Positions 37,823-48,068 of a stretch of DNA of 64,000 nucleotides are shown here, in pieces. Made by a program: the position numbers and the translations under genes. This DNA is from an uncultured virus (IMG/VR IMGVR_UViG_3300021255_000141). Lineage: Duplodnaviria; Heunggongvirae; Uroviricota; Caudoviricetes. Under the pieces are notes generated by a model. The model saw only the letters and a list, made by a program, of their open reading frames with translations. It was not told where the DNA came from and did no database searches. The first letter of the stretch is position 1. Each line of letters opens with the position of its first letter. Location: the IMG/VR virus record IMGVR_UViG_3300021255_000141; one strand, 5' to 3'.

Positions 37823-38077
37823 ATGAGTAATCCATTTTATAGTGGTGGAAATTTTCCACAGATGAATATGAATTATATAAAACAGGTTTACGACATGCTA
37901 AGAAACAGCGGAAATCCTACGGCATTATTAAACCAAATGGCTCAGCAAAATCCTCAATTAGCACAGGTTGTGAACTTAATAAAGGCTAATAATGGTAATT
38001 ATGAACAAACTTTTAGAAATATGTGTCAGCAAAGAGGGATAGATGCTGATGAGTTTATAAGGAACCTTAATAGGTAA
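37823..38077 (+). CDS. Asn/Gln/Met-rich small protein
   Basis: NP..LL.QM.QQNPQ; AGGAGG RBS. Confidence 0.75.
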   Translation: MSNPFYSGGNFPQMNMNYIKQVYDMLRNSGNPTALLNQMAQQNPQLAQVVNLIKANNGNYEQTFRNMCQQRGIDADEFIRNLNR

Positions 38078-38137
38078 TAACACTAAATTCTAGATATAAG
38101 TGATATTATAAAACTTTTAAGAAAGGAGGGACCTACA

Positions 38138-38773
38138 ATGGACGGAACTGGAATTACTCCTGTTATGAATATGGGAGGAAATGACGGATTCGGTTTCGGA
38201 GGTGGAGGGCTTTGGCTTTTCGCTATACTTGCTTTGATGTGGGGAGGTAATGGATTCTTCGGTGGAAACAACGGAAATACTAACGCTATTCAAGCAGATG
38301 TAAATAGAGGATTTGATAATCAAAACCTTCAAGCACAAACAAGAGATATTCTTAGTGCTGTAACTTCTGGAACTGCTCAAACTATTGCTGCTTCTACTGC
38401 TAATGCAACTAATGCTATTAACGCAATTAAAGACGGTAATGCTTCTTTAATTAGAGAATTTGGAAATGTTGAAACTGCCTTAACATCTCTTGGAGGAAAC
38501 TTACAAAATTGCTGCTGCTCAATTCAAAGAAACATTGACCAAGTAAATTATAATCAAGCATTAAATACTGCTTCAATTAATTCTACTACTGTTGCTCAAA
38601 CTCAAAAGATTTTAGATGCATTAGCACAAAACAAGATTGATGCTTTACAAAATAAGGTAAATCAACTTGAATTACAAAATGCTGTTGCTGGTGTTGTTAG
38701 ATATCCATCTAGTATGACATATGCATACAACGCTAACCCATTCTGCGGATGTGGATGCAACGGTAATATTTAA
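38138..38773 (+). CDS. Gly-rich TM plus coiled-coil protein with CCC and CGCGC motifs
   Basis: GGGGLWLFAILALMWGG...NCCC...PFCGCGC. Confidence 0.8.
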   Translation: MDGTGITPVMNMGGNDGFGFGGGGLWLFAILALMWGGNGFFGGNNGNTNAIQADVNRGFDNQNLQAQTRDILSAVTSGTAQTIAASTANATNAINAIKDGNASLIREFGNVETALTSLGGNLQNCCCSIQRNIDQVNYNQALNTASINSTTVAQTQKILDALAQNKIDALQNKVNQLELQNAVAGVVRYPSSMTYAYNANPFCGCGCNGNI

Positions 38774-38867
38774 TTAAGCCAATTCGGCACGACACTATGT
38801 CATTAATATATATTAAGGAACTGGCTTGCGAGTTAGTTCCTTTTTATTTAAAGAAAGGAGAATAATT

Positions 38868-39278
38868 ATGTGTAATGATAGTTTAATATTTATGACAACT
38901 ACAACAAATGCCTCAGTTTTAGCGAATGGTGTAATACCTTTAACAACTATTCAACGAAGAAGAGGAAGAGCGTTACAAGATGGAACAAATAGTGTTACAT
39001 TAACTGCTCCTGGATATTATAAAGTAAATGCCTCAATTACATTTACAGCACCTGCTGCTGGAACTATAAGTGTAAAGGCACAAAAAAATAACGTTGATAT
39101 TCCAGGCATAACTGCTTCAACTATAGTCACAACTGCCACAACAGAGGTTAGAACTTTAAATGTTAGTGGAATTGTAAGAGTGTTCTGTAATGAAGGAATT
39201 GCTTCTTTTACACTTGTAAATAGTGGTTTAGCAATTACAGTTCAAAATGTATCTTTAGATATTGAATATCTTGGATAA
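38868..39278 (+). CDS. BclA-C/C1q-like beta-sandwich protein
   Basis: VIPL...SVTL..PGYYKV..SITF pattern. Confidence 0.55.
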   Translation: MCNDSLIFMTTTTNASVLANGVIPLTTIQRRRGRALQDGTNSVTLTAPGYYKVNASITFTAPAAGTISVKAQKNNVDIPGITASTIVTTATTEVRTLNVSGIVRVFCNEGIASFTLVNSGLAITVQNVSLDIEYLG

Positions 39279-39499
39279 TGGATAAAGAATTTACATTTCT
39301 TGATATATTAACTATATTATCTTTTCTTGTAGGTGTGGAAAATTTAAATTTGAATATAAAACAGATTGATAGTTTAGATAAGCACTTACAAGAACAAGAT
39401 AGTATATTAATTGAACAACAAAATAAAATGCTTGAAAAAATAATAAATCAAAACGAGGAAATAATATCCTTGTTGAAGGGAGGAAAAAATAATGCATAA
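39278..39499 (+). CDS. Small coiled-coil protein
   Basis: Coupled ORF. Confidence 0.7.
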   Translation: MDKEFTFLDILTILSFLVGVENLNLNIKQIDSLDKHLQEQDSILIEQQNKMLEKIINQNEEIISLLKGGKNNA

Positions 39500-39926
39500 A
39501 TATCTAGTTAAAGAGGCTACAGAGCAAGATTTAAGAGAGTTTGCTGACGGAGCCTTATCTATGATAGAACATACTAATGAAGGTCTTTATGATGAACTTG
39601 AGTTATTTTTATATAAAAAAATTCATGGATGTCATTTTACAGATTGGCTACTTGACAAGGCTGTTAGTAAAATGCAAAATGAAGACGGCTCATCTGGACC
39701 ACATTGGACTGTAGAACAGACAACTTCTGTGGCAAAACAAAATAACATCATGTTTAGTAATTTTAATGAATATGACTGGAATTATGTAATGAATATGATG
39801 TATTCAGATTATTATGGTGCAATTCCTAATGAAACATCTTATTATGTTAAACTTTCTAGAAAATTTTTAGAAGATAAAGACGCTGATACAGGAAAGGCAT
39901 TAAGATATTATCTTGCCATGAAGTAA
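39492..39926 (+). CDS. Hypothetical protein (HWTxEQT...MNMMYSDY family)
   Basis: Last gene of the operon; terminator 39936-39966. Confidence 0.75.
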   Translation: MHKYLVKEATEQDLREFADGALSMIEHTNEGLYDELELFLYKKIHGCHFTDWLLDKAVSKMQNEDGSSGPHWTVEQTTSVAKQNNIMFSNFNEYDWNYVMNMMYSDYYGAIPNETSYYVKLSRKFLEDKDADTGKALRYYLAMK

Positions 39927-39997
39927 AAAAATAAGACTGGTGATGTTTACATTGCCAGTTTTTTTTGTTATAATAAGGTATCAATGGTGGTGATATT

Positions 39998-40420
39998 ATG
40001 GAATATACTCCAAGGTTCGTTACATCTGAAGAATTTTTAAATTACTGGGGAGTAGATTTAAACTCAAGACTTGTTGGATACGATAACAAAAGTAATAAAG
40101 CAGATATTTTTTTAAGAAGAGTAGAAGATAGATTAATGGCGTGGATTGATTCTAATACTTATAGAGATGTTCCATATGAATCTCTACAAGGTAAACAACT
40201 AGAAGCATGGAAATTGGCTATTTTAACACAGGCTAATTATATCTTTTCGAATAATGAAATCATGCTAGATTCAGGATATGACCCTGAAAAGGGAATAGTT
40301 GCCTCTAGAAGTGATTTAGAGAAAATAGAAATTTGTCAAGCAGCAATTGATTATATCAAGGTTGCAGGTCTATATAATCTATGTGTTTCAAATAAAAATA
40401 GATACCTTTATTATAGATAA
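39998..40420 (+). CDS. Putative head-tail connector (adaptor), displaced from structural genes
   Basis: FVT.EEF...R....ID..T...K.A...QA.YI...GL pattern; own promoter TTTACA 39946-17-TATAAT 39969. Confidence 0.5.
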   Translation: MEYTPRFVTSEEFLNYWGVDLNSRLVGYDNKSNKADIFLRRVEDRLMAWIDSNTYRDVPYESLQGKQLEAWKLAILTQANYIFSNNEIMLDSGYDPEKGIVASRSDLEKIEICQAAIDYIKVAGLYNLCVSNKNRYLYYR

Positions 40421-40504
40421 AAGCAAAAAAATAAAAAATAGTCATTGTTTTATTGACTTTTTTTTAACTTTAATGTAACCTATAAAAGAAGGACGGTGAA
40501 GCAA

Positions 40505-40777
40505 ATGAATAATATAGCACTTTTAAGAGGAGAACTTGGTATCACTCAAGAACAACTTGCTAAATGTTTGGGAATATCTAGAAGCAACCTTGCAATGTTA
40601 GAAAAAGGAACTGTAAAAAAGACAAGCAAAAAAACATTAGAAAAATTATGCTCTTTTTTTAACACTACTCCTATCAAATTATTTGGTCTTGATTCTATAA
40701 AATATGAATTACAAGACGGAGACAGAGAGTTTTTATCACATCTTTTAATGGAGGATGCAAGAAAATGCGAAAAATAA
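40505..40777 (+). CDS. XRE-family HTH regulator
   Basis: LR...GITQEQLAKCLGISRSNLAMLEKG. Confidence 0.9.
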   Translation: MNNIALLRGELGITQEQLAKCLGISRSNLAMLEKGTVKKTSKKTLEKLCSFFNTTPIKLFGLDSIKYELQDGDREFLSHLLMEDARKCEK

Positions 40778-41112
40778 ACAAGGTAATTGCTGATTTAGAA
40801 CAATTAAATAAGAAATTGAATCATTTTTTAGATGATAATATTAAATATAAGGCTGAAAAATATGATGAACTGTCTGAAAATATATCTAAAATAGATTTAA
40901 AAATTAAAACTGTTTCTAGAGGATACGACTCAGAAGGTAATCCAGTTATCAAAATAAAATATGAGGCACCCTTTATAGAATTAAAAATCGTGGATAATGA
41001 TATTGTCTATAATGAAGTTTTTAAGGCAATTAATATGTCAGGATTAGTATCTATGCAAGATATGTCAAGACTAAGTTTGATACTCGAACAAGAAAAAAAT
41101 AAAAAAATGTAA
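40765..41112 (+). CDS. Hypothetical protein
   Basis: Coupled ORF; GGAGG RBS. Confidence 0.75.
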   Translation: MRKINKVIADLEQLNKKLNHFLDDNIKYKAEKYDELSENISKIDLKIKTVSRGYDSEGNPVIKIKYEAPFIELKIVDNDIVYNEVFKAINMSGLVSMQDMSRLSLILEQEKNKKM

Positions 41113-41194
41113 AATGGTTATTGACAAAGTTTTAATTTAGTGTTATTATTAACTTGCCATTAGGGAAAAGGGAACACTTAGGAAAGGAAAAAAC

Positions 41195-41416
41195 ATGGCG
41201 AATACAGGTCAAAGAATTAAAGAGATTAGAAAAGAAAAAGGTATTTCAATAAAGGAATTATCTAAAGCAAGTGGAATTAGTTGCCAAACTTTAATTTCAA
41301 TTGAAAAAAACAAACATGTTCCAAGAGTTATTACTTTAAATAAAATGGCAAATGCTTTATCATACGACTTCAAAGAGTTGTATAAATTATTCAATAATAG
41401 CGAAGAAAGGAATTGA
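41195..41416 (+). CDS. XRE-family HTH regulator
   Basis: IKEIRKEKGISIKELSKASGISCQTLISIE; promoter TTGACA 41121. Confidence 0.9.
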   Translation: MANTGQRIKEIRKEKGISIKELSKASGISCQTLISIEKNKHVPRVITLNKMANALSYDFKELYKLFNNSEERN

Positions 41417-42408
41417 TGAAAAACATGGCTATTAAAAGTTCACAAGAGTTAGATTTCTCTAATAAAAAATTAACAATTTTGATTTATGGACGACCTGGTG
41501 TAGGTAAGTCCACAATCGCTTGCTCTGCTAAAAAAGTACTAGTAGTAGATATTGATGAAGGTATTGATAGAGTAGAACCTTGTTATAGAGGTGATACATC
41601 AGTAGTTGATTCAAGTAAAACTGCTAAAGAAAAGTTCGTTGAATTTAATAACGACTTAACACCAGAAAACTTAAAAAATTATGACGCTATTGCTATTGAT
41701 ACTTTAGGTAAATTCCAAGATTTAGCAATTCCAGTTGTAATTGATGAAAACAAAACAACAAACGCTCAAAAGGATGGAACAACTTTATCTATGAAAGGAT
41801 ATGGTGCTCTATTTAATAAGTTTAAGGAATTAAATAGAAAACTACATTCATTAGGTAAGCATGTCATCTGGATTTGCCACTCAACTGAACAAATGGACGG
41901 AGATGTGGTTAAATCAAGACTTAACTTAGTAGGTTCAACTAAGGATGACATCTGGAAGGATGTTGACCTAGGTGGTTTTGTTGAAATGCAAGGTGGAAGA
42001 AGAGTAATTCACTTTACACCTACAGAAAGATATGATGCTAAGGGAAGTCATGGTATCTCAGGTACATATGAATTACCAAAATTACCAACTACAGCAGAGG
42101 GTGGTAAGTATGAGGATAATCATTTCTTACAAGATTTATTAGATGTATGTATCGAAAATATCACTAATTCACAAAAACAATTCAATGAAGATAAACAGAT
42201 TTATGATGAAGCAATTAAAATTAAAGATGTTATTTTAAAGGCTAATAGCATTGAGGAACTAAATAAAGCCTATGATAAGGTTAAGAAGGCAAAACATGCT
42301 CTTACAAGCAAATTAGAATTATGGGATGCTTGCGTTAGTAAGGCAACTGAACTAGGAGCAACTCATGATAAAGAATCAGCAAAGTTTGTCGAAACTCCAA
42401 AAGAGTGA
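41416..42408 (+). CDS. AAA_24 / Sak4-like recombination ATPase
   Basis: YGRPGVGKST, DIDEG, IAIDT, ICH. Confidence 0.85.
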   Translation: MKNMAIKSSQELDFSNKKLTILIYGRPGVGKSTIACSAKKVLVVDIDEGIDRVEPCYRGDTSVVDSSKTAKEKFVEFNNDLTPENLKNYDAIAIDTLGKFQDLAIPVVIDENKTTNAQKDGTTLSMKGYGALFNKFKELNRKLHSLGKHVIWICHSTEQMDGDVVKSRLNLVGSTKDDIWKDVDLGGFVEMQGGRRVIHFTPTERYDAKGSHGISGTYELPKLPTTAEGGKYEDNHFLQDLLDVCIENITNSQKQFNEDKQIYDEAIKIKDVILKANSIEELNKAYDKVKKAKHALTSKLELWDACVSKATELGATHDKESAKFVETPKE

Positions 42409-43021
42409 GCCGTATTATAGAATTACCGCTACGTTATTAAATTCATGGCAAAACATATTTGATTGTGAACAATATGTAAAGGACTCCGATAATGCGGACG
42501 TTTGCTACGAAATAAAGGTTCAAGAGAAGAGAGAAGAAGCATATCAAAACTTCGTAAATCTTCTTTATAGAAAACCTATGGAACAAACAGATGCAATGAA
42601 ATTAGGATGTCAATATGAGGCTGATGTTTATGCTGGAAAAGACGAAGTTTTCAGTCCAATTGTTGAAAATGGAACATTCCAGTTAACAGTTAAAAAGAAG
42701 GTCATTGTTGATAATACTAGAGTTTTATTATACGGAGTCTTAGACGTATTGAAATGCGGAAAGATTTATGATATTAAAAGAACATCTTATTACAAATATG
42801 GGAAATTCAAAAATAGTCATCAGCATCCGATGTACTTATACTTAGTCCCTAGTGGTATGGATTTTACATATTTAGTATATGATGGTAAAGAACACCACAC
42901 TGAGGAATATCTTCGTGAAAATACCGAAAATATTCTAGAAGTTATATCAATTTTCATACGTTGGTTAAAAGCAAATGAATTGTTTGACGTATGGGTTGAA
43001 AAATGGGCAATGTATGAATAA
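42365..43021 (+). CDS. PD-(D/E)XK (Cas4-like) exonuclease
   Basis: G..YE...GVLD...IYDIK...QHxxY. Confidence 0.7.
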   Translation: MIKNQQSLSKLQKSEPYYRITATLLNSWQNIFDCEQYVKDSDNADVCYEIKVQEKREEAYQNFVNLLYRKPMEQTDAMKLGCQYEADVYAGKDEVFSPIVENGTFQLTVKKKVIVDNTRVLLYGVLDVLKCGKIYDIKRTSYYKYGKFKNSHQHPMYLYLVPSGMDFTYLVYDGKEHHTEEYLRENTENILEVISIFIRWLKANELFDVWVEKWAMYE

Positions 43022-43044
43022 TTAAAAAAATATAGGAGGAAATT

Positions 43045-43617
43045 ATGGATTATTCAATTAAAATTGATTATGAAAGTGAATTAATCACTGAAGGTGAATA
43101 CGAGGTTGTTATTAACAACGCAGAAATGAAGAAAAGTAAAAAAACTGGAGCAGATTATATCTCATTACAATTTATGGTAAGAGATGATATAGAACAAGAT
43201 TGTAAAGGTTTAATTGTTTATGAAAATGTTTTAAAGGTAAATGTTTATACAAGAGACGGAAAGCGTATTAAGAAGTCAGTATATGAAGGATTAAGTGATG
43301 CTGAAAAGTCTAGAGTTGCTATTACACAAGAATATCAAGACTTTAAGATTAGACCTTTATTATATGCTCAAGATGCTGATGAGGATAATAGAAAATTAAA
43401 CTTTGACTCAATTGAAGAAGTAGTTATGTTCTTAAATGGTATGAACTTAAGAGCAAAAATCACAAGAAATGATGCAGATGATTACCATGATAATGAATAT
43501 AATTCAATTGATTTCAGAAAACTTTCTAGAACTCAACATGCTCCAAAGAAGATTGGGCAAACAGTAACTGCTAATACTACTGCTAACGAAATTTCTGAAG
43601 ACGATTTACCATTCTAA
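43045..43617 (+). CDS. Phage single-stranded DNA-binding protein (DUF669-like)
   Basis: EGEYEVVI; C-terminal EDDLPF. Confidence 0.8.
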   Translation: MDYSIKIDYESELITEGEYEVVINNAEMKKSKKTGADYISLQFMVRDDIEQDCKGLIVYENVLKVNVYTRDGKRIKKSVYEGLSDAEKSRVAITQEYQDFKIRPLLYAQDADEDNRKLNFDSIEEVVMFLNGMNLRAKITRNDADDYHDNEYNSIDFRKLSRTQHAPKKIGQTVTANTTANEISEDDLPF

Positions 43618-43619
43618 AA

Positions 43620-43647
43620 AAGGTTTGCGGTATCCTTAAAATACCGC
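43620..43647 (+). promoter_or_regulatory. Candidate H-type pseudoknot or hairpin
   Basis: AAGG-TTT-GCGGT-AT-CCTT-AAAAT-ACCGC. Confidence 0.45.
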
Positions 43648-43656
43648 TTTATATAT

Positions 43657-43776
43657 GGGTAATACGAAAGTCAAGTTTTGAAGCCAAACGCTCTTTTCTC
43701 TAACAACCGATACAATTAATGTAATAGTATTATCACCTTGATTAGTCGTCATCTAGTGCAAGTCTAGAATTACCCT
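43657..43776 (+). ncRNA. tRNA-like element (acceptor stem plus T-arm, no canonical anticodon arm)
   Basis: GGGTAAT 43657-43663 / ATTACCC 43769-43775; TCTAG-TGCAAGT-CTAGA 43752-43768. Confidence 0.5.
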
Positions 43777-43801
43777 TTTTGTTTTACAATAAAAGGAGTA
43801 G

Positions 43802-46279
43802 ATGTTTATGACCGTTAACGAATTACAAGAAAAGTACAAAAAAGTACCAATAGATTTAAAGAAATTAAAACGATGGGTATGTTTTAATGAAAAGAAAATA
43901 CCTATAAATGCTATAAATGGTAAAAGTGCAAAATGCGATGACCCAATGACTTGGAGCAATTTCAATATTGCCATAATGGGATGTGAGAAATATCAATTAA
44001 AGGGTATAGGATTTATGCTAGGAGACGGAATATTTGGAGTAGATTTAGATAATCATCCAAATAAAACCACAGGTGAGTTAGAATTAAGTAGAGAAGAATT
44101 TAAAAAATTAGCCGATGAGTTTATAGGTACCTTGGACTCATATTCTGAGGCATCTATGTCTGGTGAAGGAGTTCATATTATATGTGCAGGTAAACTTCCA
44201 GGTACTAAAAGAAAAACCACTTGTGTAGAAATGTATGACGGAGGAAGATATTTCGCTTTTACTGGAAATGTATTACATGAAAAAAATGTAGAAAACAGAG
44301 AGCAAGAAATAATTCCTTTATATGAAAAGTATATAGGATATGAAGAGGAAACTCCTGAGGAAGAATTTGTAAGAGAAAAATCCGACCTTGATTTAAGCGA
44401 GCAAGAAATAATTGATAAGGCTATTAATAGTAAAGGCGGAGAAATATTCAAATTATTATATGAAGGAGATATTCAAGGAGCATATGAACTATGTGGAGAT
44501 TGGAAAGATGATAGCCACAGTTCAGCGGACCAGGCTTTTTGTAATAGATTAGCATTTTGGTGTAATGGTGATATCCAAAAAATGGATAACATATTCAGAA
44601 ATAGTGGTTTAATGCGAGATAAATGGGACGAAAAAAGAGGTAAAGATACTTATGGTAATATTACCTTAAATACCGCTCTTAGAATGGTTAAAACAGGTTA
44701 TGTTATAAAGAATCAACCTGAAATAGTAATTGGTAAGAAAGAAACATCTACTGAAAATATAAAAGTTAATAATGAAACTGGTGAGATAATTAGTTTCATG
44801 CCAACAATGAATATAGATGATTATGGAGAACCTATATTTAGAGTTAAAAATATATTTAAAAGATATCCTTGTAATGATACAGGAAATGCTGAAAAGTTTT
44901 ATGATTATTTTGGAGATTTATTCAAATATAATACAACTGATAAAATATTTATGTTTTGGACAGGTAAAACTTGGATACGTGATGAAAAGAACATTATAAG
45001 AAAATATGCTAATAAGTTTATTGAAATTTGTAAGCAAGAAATAACTACACTAGAAAAGGAATTAATAGATACAAAATCTGAAGGTAATGATACAACCGTT
45101 TTAGAGAACTATTTAAAGGCTTATCAGAAGAATCTTGATAGAATTTCCAATAAGGCTGGAAAAGACGCTATGTTAAGCGAATTTCAGTCAATTAAGGATA
45201 TTCCTGTAAAAAGTGATGAGTTTAATAAAGATGACTGTTTACTTAATACTGAATCTGGAGTTGTAGATTTAAGAACAGGTGAAATAAAAGAATTTGACCC
45301 TAATCTAAAAATATCTAAAAACACTAATATTCCAGTGTCATATGAAACTCCAGTTAACTGGATTCATTTCTTACATGGAATATTTGAAAGAGAAAATCCG
45401 CAAGAAACTGAAGAGATTATAGACTGTATGCAGATGTGTTTAGGATATTCACTAAGCGGTAAAACATCTGAGCAATGTATGTTCTTATTATATGGTAATG
45501 GTTCTAACGGTAAATCAACATTTAGTGAGCAAATAGCCCATGTATTGGGAGATTATGGAGATACAGTAAATAGTGAAATATTAATGCAACAAAAAGTAAG
45601 CCAAAATTCATCATTTACTATAGCAAAGTTAAAAGATGCTAGATTTGTTGAAACAGGAGAAACAGACGAGGGTGGAAAACTTGCTGAAGGTACTGTAAAA
45701 CGTTTAACAGGTAGTGATAAATTATCTGCTGCATTTAAATATGCTAATGAATTCTCATTCGTACCTAAGTTTAAAATATGGATGTCTACAAATAATAAAC
45801 CTATTATTCGTGGAACTGACTTCGGTATTTGGAGAAGAATTTTCTTATTCCCATTCCTAAAGATTTTCACTGGTAAAGAAAAAGATAGAAGTATGCCACA
45901 AAAATTAAAAGATGAAAGTGATAAGATTTTAGGTTGGATGATTAAAGGATTCTTAAAATATCAAGAGGTTGGTGAAATTGTAAAGCCTAAGTGTATTGAG
46001 GATGAAGTTAAAGAATACCAACAACAAATGGATGTTGCTGCTCAATTCATTAAAGACCAATGTATTCCAGAAGAAGGAACAATTGTTCTATGTGATGTAT
46101 TATATAAGAATTATAAATTATGGGCTATGGATAACTCTGAGTTTATATTAAAACAAAGTAAATTCTCAAGTGAAGTTATTGCTAAGGGATATCAACAAAT
46201 ATTAAGAGGAAATAAGAGATATTATTCTGGATTAAGACTTCTTAATGATAAAACAAGTGGAGGATATGACTATGCTTAG
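43802..46279 (+). CDS. Primase-polymerase / SF3 (D5/P4-type) helicase
   Basis: GVDLD, SMSGEGVH, SSADQA; YGNGSNGKST; TNNKP...GIWRR. Confidence 0.92.
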   Translation: MFMTVNELQEKYKKVPIDLKKLKRWVCFNEKKIPINAINGKSAKCDDPMTWSNFNIAIMGCEKYQLKGIGFMLGDGIFGVDLDNHPNKTTGELELSREEFKKLADEFIGTLDSYSEASMSGEGVHIICAGKLPGTKRKTTCVEMYDGGRYFAFTGNVLHEKNVENREQEIIPLYEKYIGYEEETPEEEFVREKSDLDLSEQEIIDKAINSKGGEIFKLLYEGDIQGAYELCGDWKDDSHSSADQAFCNRLAFWCNGDIQKMDNIFRNSGLMRDKWDEKRGKDTYGNITLNTALRMVKTGYVIKNQPEIVIGKKETSTENIKVNNETGEIISFMPTMNIDDYGEPIFRVKNIFKRYPCNDTGNAEKFYDYFGDLFKYNTTDKIFMFWTGKTWIRDEKNIIRKYANKFIEICKQEITTLEKELIDTKSEGNDTTVLENYLKAYQKNLDRISNKAGKDAMLSEFQSIKDIPVKSDEFNKDDCLLNTESGVVDLRTGEIKEFDPNLKISKNTNIPVSYETPVNWIHFLHGIFERENPQETEEIIDCMQMCLGYSLSGKTSEQCMFLLYGNGSNGKSTFSEQIAHVLGDYGDTVNSEILMQQKVSQNSSFTIAKLKDARFVETGETDEGGKLAEGTVKRLTGSDKLSAAFKYANEFSFVPKFKIWMSTNNKPIIRGTDFGIWRRIFLFPFLKIFTGKEKDRSMPQKLKDESDKILGWMIKGFLKYQEVGEIVKPKCIEDEVKEYQQQMDVAAQFIKDQCIPEEGTIVLCDVLYKNYKLWAMDNSEFILKQSKFSSEVIAKGYQQILRGNKRYYSGLRLLNDKTSGGYDYA

Positions 46280-47621
46280 AGATTACCAACAAGAAGTTTA
46301 TGATAAAACTAAAAAAGAATTATTATATAATAAAAGGGTAATATGCCAAATGCCTTGTAGGTCTGGTAAGAGTTACTTAATGTATGAGGTGTGTAAAAAT
46401 GCCGAAAAAAAAGGGACTAATGTTTTAATCTTAGCCCATAGAAATTTTTTACTAGACCAACATAGAGAATTAATTAATTTTAAAAATGTAAGAATTAATT
46501 CAAGACAAACCGAAGTAAAACACTTGGGAGAGTATGGCAAAGTGGATATCTGTCTAGTTGATGAGTGCCATTTATCAGCATCTGATACCTATAAAAAAAT
46601 ATTTAATTATTATTCTGATGCTATAATTATAGGATATACAGCCACACCTTGTAGACTTGATGGAAAACCACTTGGAGAAATATATCAAAAAATAATAAAA
46701 GGTCCAACAGTTAAATATTTAATTGAAAATGGCAATATAAGCCCATTTGATTATTATGCTCCTAAAGTTAATATCGACTTATCTAAAGTTCCAGTAAATG
46801 ACGGTGATTATTCGACAGTTCAGTTAGAGGACGTAATGTGTGACCCTAAAATATTTGGAGATATTGTAGGAAACTATGAAAAGTTAGCCAAGGGAAAACA
46901 AGCAATTGCGTATTGTGTTTCTATAAAGCATGCACAAGAAATATGTGAATTATTTAACAAAAGCGGTTATGAGGCTAGATGTATTCACTCAAAAATTCCT
47001 AAAAAAGAAAGAAAACAAATACTTGAAGATTTTAAAAAAAGAAAATTTACGGTTATTGTTTCTGTTGACTGTATTAGTGAGGGAATATCGTTACCTTCAT
47101 GTGAGGTATGTTTAATGTTAAGACCAACGCAGTCATATGCTCTTTATATACAACAAGGAATGAGAGCATTAACTCCGTTTCCAGATAAAAGAGCAACTAT
47201 AATTGATTATGTTGGAAATGTATATAGACATGGAATGCTAGACGAGGAAGAAGAGTTTTCTTTAACTGAAAAAAAGAGATGTAAGAATCCTTCAAGCGAA
47301 CCTGAGGTACTTTGTAGACAATGCAGCGAATGTTTGAGAGTTTATGAAGGTAAAAGCCCTATATGTCCTTATTGTGGTGCTAATAATGGTAAAACTAAAA
47401 AGGAAATAGAGGAAGAAGAAAAAGCGGTACTTGAAAAGATAACTGCTATAGAAAAGAAAGAAAAAAGACAAGAAGTCGGAATGCAAAGGACGTTCGAGGG
47501 TCTTGTCGCAATTGCTAAGGAGAGAGGATACGCTCCAGGTTGGTGTTTGCAGCAAGCCAACTTAAAACGTATACCAATTAAATGGGATTTATATAATAAA
47601 TTAAAAAGAGAGGTAAGATAA
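46272..47621 (+). CDS. SF2 (DEAD/DEAH) helicase with zinc finger
   Basis: LRDYQ, CRSGKS, DECH, TATP, QQGMR, CxxC...CPxCG. Confidence 0.92.
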   Translation: MLRDYQQEVYDKTKKELLYNKRVICQMPCRSGKSYLMYEVCKNAEKKGTNVLILAHRNFLLDQHRELINFKNVRINSRQTEVKHLGEYGKVDICLVDECHLSASDTYKKIFNYYSDAIIIGYTATPCRLDGKPLGEIYQKIIKGPTVKYLIENGNISPFDYYAPKVNIDLSKVPVNDGDYSTVQLEDVMCDPKIFGDIVGNYEKLAKGKQAIAYCVSIKHAQEICELFNKSGYEARCIHSKIPKKERKQILEDFKKRKFTVIVSVDCISEGISLPSCEVCLMLRPTQSYALYIQQGMRALTPFPDKRATIIDYVGNVYRHGMLDEEEEFSLTEKKRCKNPSSEPEVLCRQCSECLRVYEGKSPICPYCGANNGKTKKEIEEEEKAVLEKITAIEKKEKRQEVGMQRTFEGLVAIAKERGYAPGWCLQQANLKRIPIKWDLYNKLKREVR

Positions 47622-47624
47622 AAA

Positions 47625-48068
47625 ATGAAAGAAATTAAATTTGAAAAAGTAAGTTATTATAATAAAGGAATTATTCCAACAAGGGCAGATGACGGTTCTG
47701 CAGGGCATGATTTCTATACTCCTGTAGATTTTGTAATAAAACCAGGAGAAATATTTAAGTTTGAAACAGGAATAAAATGTAAAATGCCTAAAAATGTAGT
47801 TTTAACTTTATATCCAAGAAGTTCAATTGGAATAAAAAATAATCTAATGCTATGTAATAGCGTGGGCGTTATAGATGCATCTTTTTATAACAATGAAAAT
47901 AATGAAGGAAATATATCATGTGCCTTATTTAATTATGGAAATAAAGAAATTAGTTTTAAAAGAGGAGATAGAATATTTCAAGGATTATTTACTGAATATT
48001 TTGTAGCAAACAATAGCGAAGTTTTATCAGCCACAAGAAATGGTGGTATAGGAAGTACAGGTGTTTAA
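47625..48068 (+). CDS. dut: Trimeric dUTPase
   Basis: SAGHD, PRSS, GVIDASF, GDRIFQ, RNGGIGSTG. Confidence 0.95.
   Translation: MKEIKFEKVSYYNKGIIPTRADDGSAGHDFYTPVDFVIKPGEIFKFETGIKCKMPKNVVLTLYPRSSIGIKNNLMLCNSVGVIDASFYNNENNEGNISCALFNYGNKEISFKRGDRIFQGLFTEYFVANNSEVLSATRNGGIGSTGV

Noticed and set aside
42365..43021. CRISPR-associated Cas4
   Set aside because: Sits in the Sak4-nuclease-SSB recombination module, with no cas genes or array nearby
43657..43776. Canonical tRNA gene
   Set aside because: 120 nt, no clear anticodon arm and atypical positions 8-9; kept only as tRNA-like
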